DNA from: Hypanus sabinus
Lineage: Eukaryota
Length of the DNA stretch: 64,000 bases
Reading direction: 5' to 3'
Assembly (NCBI RefSeq): GCF_030144855.1
Contig: NC_082721.1
Coordinates: 44,020,001 to 44,084,000, forward strand
The notes beneath the pieces are model-generated. The model saw only the letters and a program-made list of their open reading frames with translations, was not told the origin of the DNA and ran no database searches. This document shows positions 62,721 to 64,000 of this stretch, in pieces (the stretch's first letter is position 1; each line of letters begins with the position of its first letter). The translations under genes and the position numbers were made by a program.

Positions 62721-63599
62721 GCATGATGAAATGGTGGAGTGGATTTAATGGGTCAAATGGCCTAATTTTTCTTCTATATTTTATGTTCTTATGGAATTAT
62801 GGAAATGAAGTAAAGTGTAGGAAGCATGAAATCAGTGTTGGTGATCCCAGGATTACTTCCTTTGCTTTACTCTATTGGTTTCAAAAATGCAGGATAGAGG
62901 AGCTAAATACTTGTCTGAATAAATAGAGCAGGAGGGAGACTGTAGAAACATGGATGATTGAGTGCAGATCACAGAGAGATGCAGTCTGCCCAGGACAGAC
63001 AGAAGAACCAGAGTTGGGTACAGGGTCCTCATGGGAAGTTTCCAGGGGAAGGAAAGGAAGAAAACACAATGTAAGGAAGTGAAAACAAAACCAGTGTACG
63101 AGAGGATAAAAGTTGCACAAAAAATGAATCAGGAGAGCAGAAATGTCATCTTTTCCAAAGGCAGATTTTGAGAAAGTGCAAGAGGCTCCACAATACATGA
63201 ATAGTGTACCTAAACTTTAGAATCTTATCCAACAGAGTTGTTGAGTTATAAGGGGTTATATAGTTCCAAATATTTCAACTTAACTTTTTAAGGGTCTGAA
63301 CTGAGAAAAGTTTTACCAAAAGACCAAAACATTGTTTGAGCAAAACATACAAAATGCAGGAGGTACTCAGCAGGTTATAGGGTTTGAAAGCTTGTTTGCT
63401 TGAATGACCTGGACATCTGTTGGCTGGAAATAGGACTTTGGGCTTTGGCTCTTGCTGGGGCATCCATCGCAAACAGGTCAAAGAGTAGAGGCTATACTAA
63501 AGTAGGCTACCTCTTCTCCAGCATCAGGGGTTCTTCTCAGCACCTAACACCCTGACTATTCAAAAACATTGTTATGGAAAGAACAATAAAGAATTCTTC

Positions 63600-64000
63600 T
63601 TTATGACAGTATTCCTGAGTCACACCCTGTGATTTCCATGTCTGGAAGTACTGAAAACTGGGAGAAACCCACTGGCATGATGAAGGAAACACTGAACACC
63701 ACAAAGACCACCATTACTTTTTGGAATGTACAAGGCATGTACAATACTGACAAGCTGGAACAAATATCTGCAGAAGTGCATTGTTACAATCTACATATTG
63801 TGGGTGTCAGATGGACAGGGTCTGGCAGACTCATGGGCACAACTGGTGAAACTGTTTTATGCTCAGGAAGTGAATACATTCAGCAACATGTTTGTATAGC
63901 TGTCATTTTGAAGAAAGGCATTGGGAAGTGCTTGCAGGAGTGAAAACCAATCAATGGTAGGCTGATTAGAGTCAGGCCGAAGGAGAAGCATGTGAATGTA
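63600..64000 (+). mobile_element. RTE LINE relic (paralog of 7620-8008)
   Basis: TTKTTITFWNVQGMYNTDKLEQISAEV..YNLHIVG; colinear with cluster A flank to the window end. Confidence 0.8.

Noticed and set aside
63030-63597. 570-bp segment present only in block B as a solo LTR
   Set aside because: No TG...CA ends or TSD found; it may equally be a deletion in block A.
1-64000. CRISPR arrays, rRNA, tRNA genes or prokaryotic operons
   Set aside because: None seen; tRNA-like sequence is limited to SINE heads and the LTR primer-binding site.

Overview
Eukaryotic, repeat-dominated DNA, most likely from a cartilaginous fish (a batoid is inferred from the Ig cluster layout, HE1/V-SINE and CR1 families). 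The only host genes are two head-to-tail, minus-strand immunoglobulin light-chain clusters about 52 kb apart (leader - pre-joined VJ - C). The V sequences look like the sigma isotype, and V and J are fused in frame in the genome with no RSS. Both clusters are pseudogenes. Cluster A (661-1157; its C exon would lie left of the window) has essentially one lesion. Cluster B (50747-53792) has many. About 8 kb of upstream flank is duplicated with them (about 265-8008 versus about 52510-64000). The rest is CR1, L1, RTE, Rex1, Penelope, Tc1, hAT, piggyBac and Gypsy material. The most unusual object is a young 4-kb Gypsy LTR element (56067-60070; LTRs about 99% identical, 4-bp TSD, tRNA-Pro PBS). Its single 696-aa ORF is a decayed PNMA-type gag/protease/RT, fused in frame to two fragments that resemble the myosin heavy chain (MYH16-like) rod. 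This suggests capture of a host mRNA by a non-autonomous LTR retrotransposon. All family assignments come from manual translation and recalled motifs; no searches were run.
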